A DNA stretch of 64,000 nucleotides. Origin: Felis catus (taxonomy: Eukaryota). The translations under genes and the position numbers were made by a program. This document shows positions 12,838 to 22,999 of the stretch, one piece after another. Under the pieces are notes generated by a model. That model was not told the origin of the DNA, did not search any database, and saw only the letters and a list, made by a program, of their open reading frames with translations. How positions within the stretch are numbered: position 1 is the stretch's first letter; every line of letters starts with the position of its first letter. Where the stretch lies: NCBI RefSeq assembly GCF_018350175.1, contig NC_058373.1, forward strand, positions 117,182,001 to 117,246,000, in the 5' to 3' direction.

Positions 12838-13410
12838 ATAGTCAATACAGAAATTTCAGTGTCATGGCTTATTTCTTCTAATGGAAGCTCAGGTTAAAAG
12901 CAGAAGGAGATCTGCTAGGTACCTGTGCAAATGTCAGGTAGAGAGGAGGCAGCCAGGGGACTAAGAAAGATGTGCTTTGAGCATCAGGAAAACCTTTTAT
13001 AGCATCAGATACCTGGAAGAAAAATCTACATATCGGCCAGAAGAGCACATTTTATTTTATTTTATTTTTTTTAAAAAAGCTTCCTGTATATACCTCTTAA
13101 TCATCAGCATTGTGATCTTATCACAATCTTTAGACAGCGGATATTTTTAGCACATTTGGTATTTAGCGTAGTACGTGTTAATGTGCTGTTTAATCAAAAA
13201 CCTTTAAAGGAACCTACTAATGGACAACCGGAATGAACAAATGTGATAGCATTTCCTTACCCTCAACCCCCACCTCCTTTAAACATAATGTACTGAATTG
13301 AAACACTCATGAAATCGATACAGACAAACTAGTGAATGATTACTCCCCAATGTCTAGCTGCAGTAATGAGAAGGCTCTTTCTCGACGGACTTGGTATCTA
13401 TCAGGTAGTA

Positions 13411-13587
13411 CACGTGGCTTCTCAGTGATCTGAGCCATACCTGTTTAGGTGTCTCAATCTATCATGATTTCAAGGGGCTCCTCACGTGGGGAGTTTTTCT
13501 TACAGGATTTTTACCTGGCATTATTTGGCAATGATTTACTTAAATGAAAACATCAGGAGAGCCAAGGAAAGTAGCATTTTCACGTGA
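13411..13587. promoter_or_regulatory. Cluster of three canonical E-boxes (CACGTG), candidate enhancer
   Basis: CACGTG at 13411-13416, 13483-13488 and 13581-13586 in DNA with no recognised repeat. Confidence 0.35.
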
Positions 13588-13645
13588 TTAAAGCTACCTC
13601 AACCCTGCATTGTTGCTCTTGTTTGGTCCTTTCAAAATTGTTATC

Positions 13646-13870
13646 GGGGGCCCAGTTGGTTAAGAGAGTTGTCCGTCTCTTGGTTTTGGCTCAGGTCATG
13701 ATCTCATGGTCATGAGATCGAGCCCCGTGACGGGCTCTGCAGTGAAAGCATGGAGCCTGCTTGGGATTCTCTTTCTCCCTCTTTCTGCGCCTTCCCTGCT
13801 CACGCATGTGTGTGCTCTTCCTCTCTCTCAGAATACATACATACATACATACATAGATACATTGAAAAAA
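13646..13870 (+). mobile_element. Can-SINE with (TACA)n tail
   Basis: SINE body ggctcaggtcatgatctc...gagcctgcttgggattctc. Confidence 0.9.
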
Positions 13871-14070
13871 GTTGTTTTCAGGCTTTATAGGTAAGAAAGC
13901 AGAGATGTTTTTTGAATGTACGTTCATTCTCAAAGGCCACAAGAGTATCTTTTAAAACTTACTGATGAAGTTCAACAGATGCAGTTTCAGACCGCTGTAA
14001 GTTTTTTCAGTGCACCTGATGTCAAGGACAGAACACATAAGTTTGTTCAGATTTTTATTGTAATTATAAA

Positions 14071-14504
14071 ACAGCATTTTCTACCAAGTGTGCTTCAGCA
14101 GTCTCCTACGTCAGAATGGCCCAGAGTGATTCTTAAGAATGCACATTCCTGGGGCGCCTGGGTGGCGCAGTCGGTTAAGCATCCGACTTCAGCCAGGTCA
14201 CGATCTCACGGTCCGTGAGTTCGAGCCCCGCGTCGGGCTCTGGGCTGATGGCTCGGAGCCTGGAGCCTGTTTCCGATTCTGTGTCTCCCTCTCTCTCTGC
14301 CCCTCCCCCGTTCATGCTCTGTCTCTCTCTGTCCCCAAAAAATAAATAAACGTTGAAAAAAAAAATAAAAAAAAAAAAAGAATGCATGTTCCTGGTCCTA
14401 TTGCCCAATTTCTGATTCAGTAGCTCTGGGGTGAATACTTGGGAATTTGTGTTCCCATGGTCTCCGGGAAATTTGTGGGCATGCCCGAGTTTGAGAACCA
14501 CCGC
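14071..14504. mobile_element. MER5-type hAT-Charlie DNA transposon, split by a SINE
   Basis: cagaatggcccagagtgattcttaagaatgca...ttctgattcagtagctctgggg...agtttgagaaccaccg. Confidence 0.7.
14151..14377 (+). mobile_element. Young felid SINEC_Fc
   Basis: Near-consensus and CpG-rich; TSD 14135-14150 / 14378-14393. Confidence 0.97.
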
Positions 14505-15530
14505 TAAGGGCCATTATGATTCTGCAAGCAAACCCAATTTTCTGTTTTCATTTTACATCATACAAAGTAGGAGTTTAAAGAATTTATTTTTGGCAAAACT
14601 GGAACATGGTCTTCAAATTAGTAAGACCCTTGTTGTGTAGGAGAAATATTCTCTGCAAAATCCTTCTATGAAATTGATCTTAAAAAGACCTGCTGACTCA
14701 AATGCTAAACAAATCTGTCCTCCATCCGACTGCTGCCTGTCAGAATTGCTGACCTTACGCTTGTGTATTCAAATGCGTCCTGAAAGGCAAAACATATTTT
14801 CTGTAGTTTCTAATGGAAAAGAACTAAGCCTGTCACTTGGTTTTAAAAGGAAGAAATTGAGATAAGACAAAATGGTTCAGATAAATTTTACCTCACAAGA
14901 GTAGAGGGAAGAAGAGAATAAAAATTTCCATAACCGTTGTCAGTTATCTTTTGGGTGAGGGGATCGTGAAATGAGTAACCCTTCCCTCCCCGAACAACAG
15001 TAAATGCTAGATATTAGACATCACACTTAAGGATTCCTGCTGTGTCAGAGATTAAATCACAATTAACTTCATATTGAATTATGAGGACTATAACCCTTAA
15101 GAGACTGGGACTTGTCACACAAGAAGTGGGAATTTTGTGGGTTTTTGTCTGATTTTGCTATTATTTGGCAGATTTTTCTTTTCTTCCTTCCTGTTTTCAG
15201 TTAGCGTCAGCAGAGCCACCTCTGGCCACAAGGTGAAGGGGCCACCACGCTCTGAGATGACAGTTCTGTACCTTGGCCGGACAACTTTGAGATCCTTGCT
15301 TCCAAAAGGAGGTAGAACCTAGGAGCTGGAATGATCCTAGCTTATTAGTATTTGACTTTAATTAGAATACCAAAGTCCCTTGAATTTCCTTCTCAACGGT
15401 ATTGGGGTCTAGTGTCTTTTCTTATAGACTTTCCTTTTTCTTCCATTCTTTGGACTCTAGTGCACAGAATTAGAATAATCCTAATTTTTGGTTCATGACA
15501 TATCACCAACTGTCCACGAGTGGCCGCCTT

Positions 15531-15736
15531 TTATTTTTTTTTAATGTTTATTTATTTTTGAGCGAGCGTGCACATGCACGTGGTGACAGAGAGGGAGGGA
15601 GACCGAGAATCCAGAGCAAGCTCCGTGCTGTCAGAGCAGAGCCAGACGTGGGGTTCAAGCTCAAGAACGGTGAGATCATGACCTGAGCTGAAATCAAAAG
15701 TCAGATGCTTAACCGACTGAGCCACCCGGGCACCCC
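15531..15736 (-). mobile_element. Can-SINE
   Basis: Antisense SINE body with T-rich tail. Confidence 0.92.
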
Positions 15737-15839
15737 TATTTTACTTATTTTTATACTGACAACTGGTAAACATGGTCTAATCCAAGAATCCGAATGTAAT
15801 TTGCTACATCAATCTCTGTAATTCTTTTATTCCTAAGCC

Positions 15840-16380
15840 TCTCCATCTCTCTTCCACCATAGATAAACACTATTCTGAACATTACTTGCCCTTCTCTTCC
15901 TGTAGCCGTCTTTATCTACATGTATGTTTAAGTGCTACCTTGTTTCAATTTGCCTGTCTTTGAACTTTATGAAGAGCTATCATCCCTGGTTCATATAATC
16001 TCCTAAAAGCTTGCTTTTCACTCAACCGTGTGTTACTGAGATTCATCCATAAGTTATAGTATAATTTATACTGTGATCTGCCCATACTCCTGCCATTGGT
16101 CATTCAAGATGTTTCCAGGTTTTGCTTTTATGACCAGGGCTGCTCTCTGGTGCATGGGTGCTGAGGTCTCTCTTGCGCGCGGATCTCAAGGGGGAACAGT
16201 AGCCACGGGCTGTGTTGCAGGATGTGAGATTGTTCAGCTTTACAAGATGATGTGCTTTCCAAAGTGGTTGTATCTGCTTATGCTCCCATCAGCAGTGCAG
16301 AAAATACTCTGTTCATCTGTGTCTTCACAGACCCTCTGTATTTTCAGACTTAATTTATTTTTTGCCAATTTGTGGGTATA
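15840..16380 (-). mobile_element. L1ME-like 3' region
   Basis: cttttcactcaac...tgagattcatccat...ttccaaagtggttgta...ctcccatcagcagtg. Confidence 0.75.
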
Positions 16381-16609
16381 AGTCTACCGATATACTTTTA
16401 AGTATTTTGTCTATCGTGTAGAAAAAAAAAATGGAGAATAAGATTTGGCTTCCTTTCTGTCTATGAGCTAGAAAACAATGAAATGTTTGTGCCTGCTTCA
16501 TTTAATGGCACCCAGGTTTTTATCCCCATTATCCTCATACATTGTTACTCTATGTAGGTGACATTCTTTTTCTATACTTGCTAAAAATATTAAAACCTTA
16601 CCTATACAG

Positions 16610-16761
16610 TGAAATCGCTTTGGAAAAACTTTTCAATGCTGATGCCTAGAGCCCTGTCTCCAGAGACTGATTTCTTTGTCGGGGGTGCAGCTTTGAATGT
16701 GGGGAGGTTTTGAAAGCTTCCCAGGTGATTCTAATGTACAGTCAAGGTTGAGATTCACTGC
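16610..16761. mobile_element. MER5A-like DNA transposon
   Basis: aaagcttcccaggtgattctaatgtacagtcaaggttgagattcactg. Confidence 0.75.
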
Positions 16762-17008
16762 TTTAAGTTATAGAGATCTTGATAAGCAAGTATAAGCTCA
16801 GGGTAGCCTGATACTGTGAGTTTTTTTTCTCTTTTCTAAAGTATACATTTTGCATTGATTTGGAGAATTCTCTTGCCTCTGATTTCGAGTCCAGCAAGCT
16901 TTGAGGGATTTTGTGCATGTGTGTCATTGGTGGAAGTTCAGAGCGGGCATTCACTGGAAGTTATAATGGGCCAACATTATGCTTGGTGCTTATGTTGTGC
17001 TTACCACT

Positions 17009-17165
17009 ATGAATCTCAAAGTTTAGCGTGCATAATAATCACCTGGGAAGTATTTCATTTGTTTTTTACAGTGCACGCTTTGAGTCAAAGCCCTTGAATC
17101 TATATTCTAACAAGCATATCAGGTGATTATGAAGCAGGTGGCTCCAGGAGCATCCTTGGAGAAAA
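17009..17165. mobile_element. MER5-like DNA transposon
   Basis: ctcaaagtttagcgtgcataataatcacctggga...tattctaacaagcatatcaggtgatt. Confidence 0.6.
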
Positions 17166-17195
17166 GCTTCCTCCTCGTAGTCTTGCAGCGTAGAC

Positions 17196-17280
17196 CGTAT
17201 TTTCATTTACAGATGACGGAACATGATGCTCAGAGAAGTTAAGAAAACTGCATTGGGTCACACAGCTACCTGGCGGTCAA
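17196..17280 (-). mobile_element. MIR core
   Basis: catttacagatgacggaacatgatgctcagagaagttaag...ggtcacacagcta. Confidence 0.7.
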
Positions 17281-17480
17281 GCCTTTGCTCTGTTTATTCT
17301 TAGTCCTTTTCATGGTGAGCTTCCAACAGAACGTGGGGGATGTCTGCCAGAGTTTAGAATGTGTGCTGTCTTTCCTACACTTGTGTTCTTTCCTCATCTG
17401 GGGATGACTCTCTGTCTCCACCAAAACAACAAAAACAACCACTAAAACCCTTCAGTATTCCACCCAAATCCACCTCATTC

Positions 17481-17521
17481 CTGTATTCTAGACATGGTTC
17501 GCTGTATTCTAGACATGGTTC
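17481..17521. repeat. Perfect 20-bp tandem duplication (period 21)
   Basis: ctgtattctagacatggttc at 17481-17500 and 17502-17521. Confidence 0.95.
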
Positions 17522-17611
17522 TGGGCTGCCCTATGTGACTCATTCCAGAGGTTTATAACTGAAAGCAAATATTTTCCTATAGACTTGGCATTTATTTACT
17601 CCGGGGTTTTG

Positions 17612-18050
17612 ATTACTTGGGACACTTTGAGTTGCAAGGGAGAGAACACTAAGCCGAGCAAGCAAGAGGGAATTTAGTGGGTTGTGTAACAAAGAACAGG
17701 GCGGGGGTGTAGCTGGGCTTCAGGGACCTCTGGGCAGTCAGGGTCCCAAGCCCCTCACGCTCCCTGCGATGATGTCTTTCTGTGCCTGGCTTCTCCCAGC
17801 TGGTGGCAGATGTGGCTTTTGGTAAGGATACTTGCTTGTTCTTCACAGCTTCACTGGAGGGTGAGTGCTCCAGAATGGACACCTTGGGAAGGCTGTGGCC
17901 TGGTTTTGGTTACATGCTTTCTGGGTGTAGAAGGTGGTGGAAATGATTGTCAGTCTCGTGGTGGGAGTGGAGAAAGGAGCAGTTTTCCTGTAGAAGGAGG
18001 GAATGTGTTCCAGATAAAGGGCAAGGCAGTTGTTGGGCAGTCAAAGCAAT
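17612..18050. mobile_element. Old ERVL/MaLR-type LTR (LTR33-like)
   Basis: ttgagttgcaagggagagaacac...gggaatttagtgg...gctgggcttcaggg. Confidence 0.5.
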
Positions 18051-18543
18051 TCATGTCTAATTTGGTGGGTCTGTGTCTAATTGTCAAGGGGTGTTCACGA
18101 CTTAATGTATTTGGCTCTTTGTATAGTAAAAGTGTTGAGCTTTATTTATGTATAAATAACTTTCTCTGGTACAAGCATCCTCATAGATAATGAAAGATAG
18201 GACTAAAAATGTTTACTTGCCTGCCCTTGGCCCAGAACTCTTGATTTTGGGGTGATTAATTTTCCTGAGAAAACTTCACATAGAGAATTTTTCATTACTA
18301 AAAGCTAGACTTGCAAAAAAAAATCAAAAGTGCTATACTTTTTGTTCTTATCTGGCCCTGAAACGATACCTTTAGTTGACGATGACTCCTGTGCAACTTT
18401 AAGAATTATTTCTAAACAAATGTACAAATGGATGGAAGTATTTCTGCACGCTTTTTACAACTGATATTCAGTGCTTGCTCTCGCCCGCCCCTCCCAAATT
18501 AGGACTTTACCCTGAAATCTGGGCCTTTGGCCCGTGCATTTTA

Positions 18544-18755
18544 TTTTTTCAACGTTTTTTATTTATTTTTGGGACAGAGAGAGACAGAGCATGAACGGGG
18601 GAGGGACAGAGAGAGAGGGAGACACAGAATCGGAAACAGGCTCCAGGCTCCGAGCCATCAGCCCGGAGCCCGACGCGGGGCTCGAACTCATGGACCGCGA
18701 GATCGTGACCTGGCTGAAGTCGGATGCTTAACCGACTGCGCCACCCAGGCGCCCC
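18544..18755 (-). mobile_element. Young felid SINEC_Fc
   Basis: Perfect 16-bp TSD tggcccgtgcatttta at 18528-18543 and 18756-18771. Confidence 0.97.
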
Positions 18756-18789
18756 TGGCCCGTGCATTTTAAATTATGTTCATATTGTA

Positions 18790-20170
18790 CTTCGTCTGCA
18801 CCCATCTATCATACAGCTGCGTATGTCTACACGAAACACAATATGCTTTGAAGTTTCCATTCCATTTGTGAGCAGATGGTAGCTGGTCAAGGAAACACCA
18901 TGAGGATGTTTGCTTCCATATTTTGGCATGAAAGCCTCCCAGTCACTCTCAAGAATTACCTTCTCAAGAATGTCCTTCTCGTGTTCCCCGTAATAAATGC
19001 GATGCCAACATGGCTGTTGGTATTGTACCAGCTATCTTGTGTAGGCGAAGGCAGTCCTCCCAGGAATGTTTGTTGCCGCGGGTACATTTCCGTCCACGCC
19101 GTGTGACACGTCGAAGTGGAACGGCCGTGGGTATCAGCAGCTGCCTCAAGAGGGGTGTCGAGGGTCTGTGGTTGTGCGCTTGCCTGGCTCTCACGTGGGT
19201 CTTTCCCGAACATTCGCTCCAGAAGAGCCACCAGTTCTCTTGGCAACAGGCCGAGTGTGTTGGTCTGCCGAGGCCGTTTGCCGTGAAAATAGTCACTGCT
19301 GAGCTACTTTAGGAAGCTTTGCTTCACTATCATCCCCTCCTCCCTTAAGTGTTCTCATTTTAACTCATTATCAAACTAGCAGACTCGAATTGCAGCGACT
19401 TTTTGAACGTCTTCCAAAATGCTTCCTTCCAGGGACCTTTAGAGGGTCATCTCGCGCTTCTCCTTGATGCTCACGGATGGTATAAGGCCGGCTGTTCAAG
19501 AAATCGCCCTGTCACCCGTGATCTCTCCAGGTTCTCAGTATGTTCAGAGAGTCAGAGTTATATTCTTTGCAGAATTTCCATCTGGGTTGGCAGTTAAGGC
19601 TGACTTAGCGCCATACGCTCTCTCCAAGGCTCTTGAAGGGTGTGTTGACCTCTTCATTGAATTCTCCTGCAGGATCAGACCTCCCTTGGATGCCACGAGG
19701 CAAGAAAGGCATCTGTGAGTGGCTGCCGTGAACTCTGCTGGGATGAAGACGTTTGTCTATCCTGGTCTAGGAGGGAGGCCGGTTGTCGCACTGTCAGTTC
19801 ATGACTTAGTTTTGCTCGTCATCTTCCATGCGAGTATTTCCAGAGCACAGACATCGACCTGCGGAAGGCGAGGCTGTAATCAGTCCGGTTTCCTGAGATG
19901 TGCCGAGGCTTCAACAAGGGTCTTAAAAACTTGTGCTAGAATACCCGTTGTCAGAAAATTTCCTTTGAAGTTGATGCCATGAAATAGCTGCCAACCGGGC
20001 ATATATTTTGAAGTGGTTTTCTTTCAACGGGAGTCTACGCTCAAACTCACTCTCTGCCTAGTGCTCTCGGTGGTAAATATTCTAAGAGAGCTGGTTGGAA
20101 TTGGGGAGTGCTTACTTGGTGATGAAACTATGATGAAGAAACTCTACAATCACACGGTCTTCCATCGAAA
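18790..20170. promoter_or_regulatory. CpG-retaining unique segment (weak CpG-island-like)
   Basis: About 19 CpGs counted in 19021-19320; no repeat recognised. Confidence 0.4.
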
Positions 20171-20323
20171 GCATTTTTTTTTAGCCCTTCATTCTTTTTA
20201 ACAGCCTCTGTGAGATAGGTTTTTATAAAAAGTATCTTTTGTTTTTGTTTCTGGCCACGTGTTGTTTAAAAGTTAACATTACATTCGAGGAAGGAAAACC
20301 TGATTAGGGACCACACAGCCTCA

Positions 20324-20420
20324 CTCTTTCATTTTATAGATGAAGAAACTGAATTGCAAAGAGCTTACGTCACTTGCTTGTCATCCCATAGCTAACTAGT
20401 GGTCCAACAGATTATTTCCC
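20324..20420 (-). mobile_element. MIR
   Basis: cattttatagatgaagaaactga...cacttgc...catagcta. Confidence 0.7.
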
Positions 20421-20431
20421 AGTCCAAAGAT

Positions 20432-20600
20432 GGTTTCATGGATAAAAAGCCCATTGTTGAAGACTTGATTTTCACATTTTCCTGGGTAATGACTTACCAA
20501 TTATCTAACATTTCTGAGACTTAGTTGCTTTATCTGTAAAATGGATTGTTGTCCATATTACATTAGACTGCATCTAAAAAAACAATTAACTCAGTGACTA
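20432..20600 (+). mobile_element. MIR
   Basis: aacatttctgagacttagttgctttatctgtaaaatgg. Confidence 0.6.
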
Positions 20601-21031
20601 GCATCTACCAAGTAGTTAATTATCAGTTCACAACTGGATTAATTCTCAATATTCTCTTCTCAGGGACCTTGGGAACCAGAGCAGGATGGCGGGATGGCGA
20701 GTTTTCAGCTTTTATAATGCCTTTGTTTGGAAGCTTTGAATGTTTGTGTCTGTTCCATCATTTAAAATTCTTCTAATGCAGTTAGAAGGGCTTACCCTGG
20801 AAGAAGAGCGGGGACATTGTTTGGGAGAGTCTGATAGAACATGTCATGTGTTGGTTCACTCAGAAGCTGAATGAGGTCTTTCTTTCTTACTTGTGCACTC
20901 TCATTTAACTGGAAATACCTTGGCACTTAAAACAAGGTGCCATATTGTTAGGTACCTGGAACTATGTTTTGAACCCATGCTTCTGAGAAGAGTCCATATC
21001 TCATTGTCACCAGTCATGGAGTGTTACCTCT

Positions 21032-21444
21032 TATTATGGCCTGAATATTTGCATGTGCACGCCCCCACCCAACTGTTATGTTGAAACTCTAATCCCCAAT
21101 GTGATGATATTTGGAGGTGGAGCCTTTGGGAGGTGATTAGGGTTAGATCAGGTCATGAGGGTGGTGCCCTAATGGTGGGATTAATGGCCTTAATTAGAGG
21201 GGGGAGAGAGAGAGGGAGAGAGAAAGATTGGGACAGATCGATCTCCATTTGAGTACAGAGGAAAGGCCGTGTCAGGACTTGGCAAGAAGGTGGCCATCTG
21301 CAAGCCAGCAAGAGGGCTCTCACCAGAAACTGAACCCTATAGACCTTGACCTTTCCAACCTCCACAACTGTGAGAAAATATATTTCTGTTGTTAAGCCCC
21401 CCAGTCTGTGGAATATTGTCTGGTTGCCAGAGCAGATTGAGACA
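21032..21444 (+). mobile_element. MaLR solo LTR (MLT1A-like), full length
   Basis: MLT1 motifs; ends ...gagaca; 5-bp TSD cctct at 21027-21031 and 21445-21449. Confidence 0.9.
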
Positions 21445-22579
21445 CCTCTGCCTGAGTGTGTGTGTGTTCAGCTGCCTACTTCCTTATTTGCCTAAATTAC
21501 ACACTGTAAACAGGTCTCTATGATGGAAGAAGCATGGTGTTCAGATGCATTGAGAATTTTCTCTTCTCTGTTCACCAACATCCTATGCTGCGAGAGAGTA
21601 CTGGGCCAGATACACGAAGGGGGACCAGTCAGCAAACCCCTTTTCATTAGGTTTTTGATGACTTAAATCTTCTTTTCTATGAATCAAGAAGTTGGGCAGG
21701 CATTGATGTCCATAGATTTTTGTATAACATGAAAGCTTTATAATAGTTATTTGGTATGTAAATAATTTCCCTGCAAGTATTCATTCGTTTACTCTTCATT
21801 TCCATAATTGCTTATCATCTTTATATTTAGAATTTCGGTCTGCCCCGACCCAACCTTTTTACTATGGTATATGCTTTTATGTAACCTGAACTATAAAAGC
21901 CTGGAATACTGCAGATATGTCTCTGCTTTTATTCATCTGTCAAATCTGTCATTGTCTTACAAAGCGTATGTAGTCTGTCATATACAAATCTCTGCGTGGA
22001 CACCAACACTTTTTAGCTATTCATTAATCTTATCTTGTTTCTTTGGCTTCTGGATCATTTTCAGCTGAATTTGAAATCATCTGAGGTCAGAGCTCATTTT
22101 TATCCAAATAGATAGGGTGCGGCTAAACCTGGATTATAGCCAACAAAGATCTTACATCAAGTGCCCACGAAATTAGAAACATCACCAAGGAAGCATCAGC
22201 AGAGTTTTGTTTACTGGCATCTTATTCTCAAATAAAGTTTATGCATTGGTGATGGAAGCTTTTGGATGTTGTTGTGAAAAGCCTAGGGAATGTTTAATTT
22301 TGCTTTTATTTAAATTTAATTTTAATTAAACAGTGTTCAGTATTGCTTAATTTTGCTTTTTATTTTTGAAACATGAGTTCTTTCCTTCCTTCCTTTCTTC
22401 TTTCCAGGGATTTTGCCACCAGGGGTTAGGGCTCTCTGTTGAAGGCCATTTGTGTGTTCACACATGTGACTGTGGGTCAATAGGAATGTCTTTACCTGCT
22501 ATTATGTAAGTTGTTATGTAGGGCTTTGTAAGGGATATGTGCAGTCATGAAGGCTGCAAATACTCTGTCAAACTGTAGG

Positions 22580-22995
22580 ATTTCACCTCCTCTCTTCCTC
22601 TGAAGGTAGGGAAGAGCCATGTGACTTGCTGTGGCCATTGCAATGTGAGTACAGTGTTGGAGGCTTTAAGAACTGGTACGTGGGGCGCCTGGGTGGCGCA
22701 GTCGGTTAAGCGTCCGACTTCAGCCAGGTCACGATCTCGCGGTCCGTGAGTTCGAGCCCCGCATCAGGCTCTGGGCTGATGGCTCGGAGCCTGGAGCCTG
22801 TTTCCGATTCTGTGTCTCCCTCTCTCTCTGCCCCTCCCCCGTTCATGCTCTGTCTCTCTCTGTCCCAAAAATAAATAAACGTTGAAAAAAAAAATTAAAA
22901 AAAAAAAAAAGAACTGGTACGTGAAAGAACTGGTACGTGAGCCACCACATTCTATCCCATTGTCATAGTGACCCTGAAAGCAAGCATTGAGCATT
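22580..22995 (+). mobile_element. Old MLT1 LTR fragment, split by a SINE
   Basis: gccatgtgacttgctgtggccattgcaatgtgag...ctttaagaac. Confidence 0.55.
22682..22908 (+). mobile_element. Young felid SINEC_Fc
   Basis: Near-consensus; target site aagaactggtacgtg present three times. Confidence 0.97.
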
Positions 22996-22999
22996 GGTG

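Noticed and set aside
14139..14501. Recurrent peptides such as GAPGWRSRLS..., MNGGGAEREGDTESETGSRL... and MAQSVKRPTSAQVMIS... across the window
   Set aside because: All are translations of Can-SINE copies, not a gene family
15173..15320. Strong acceptor-like tract ending at 15200
   Set aside because: Only weak donors downstream (AAG|GTGAAG, GAG|GTAGAA) and no recognisable peptide
20324..20600. Head-to-head MIR pair as a possible hairpin or miRNA precursor
   Set aside because: The copies are too diverged to show a convincing stem by eye
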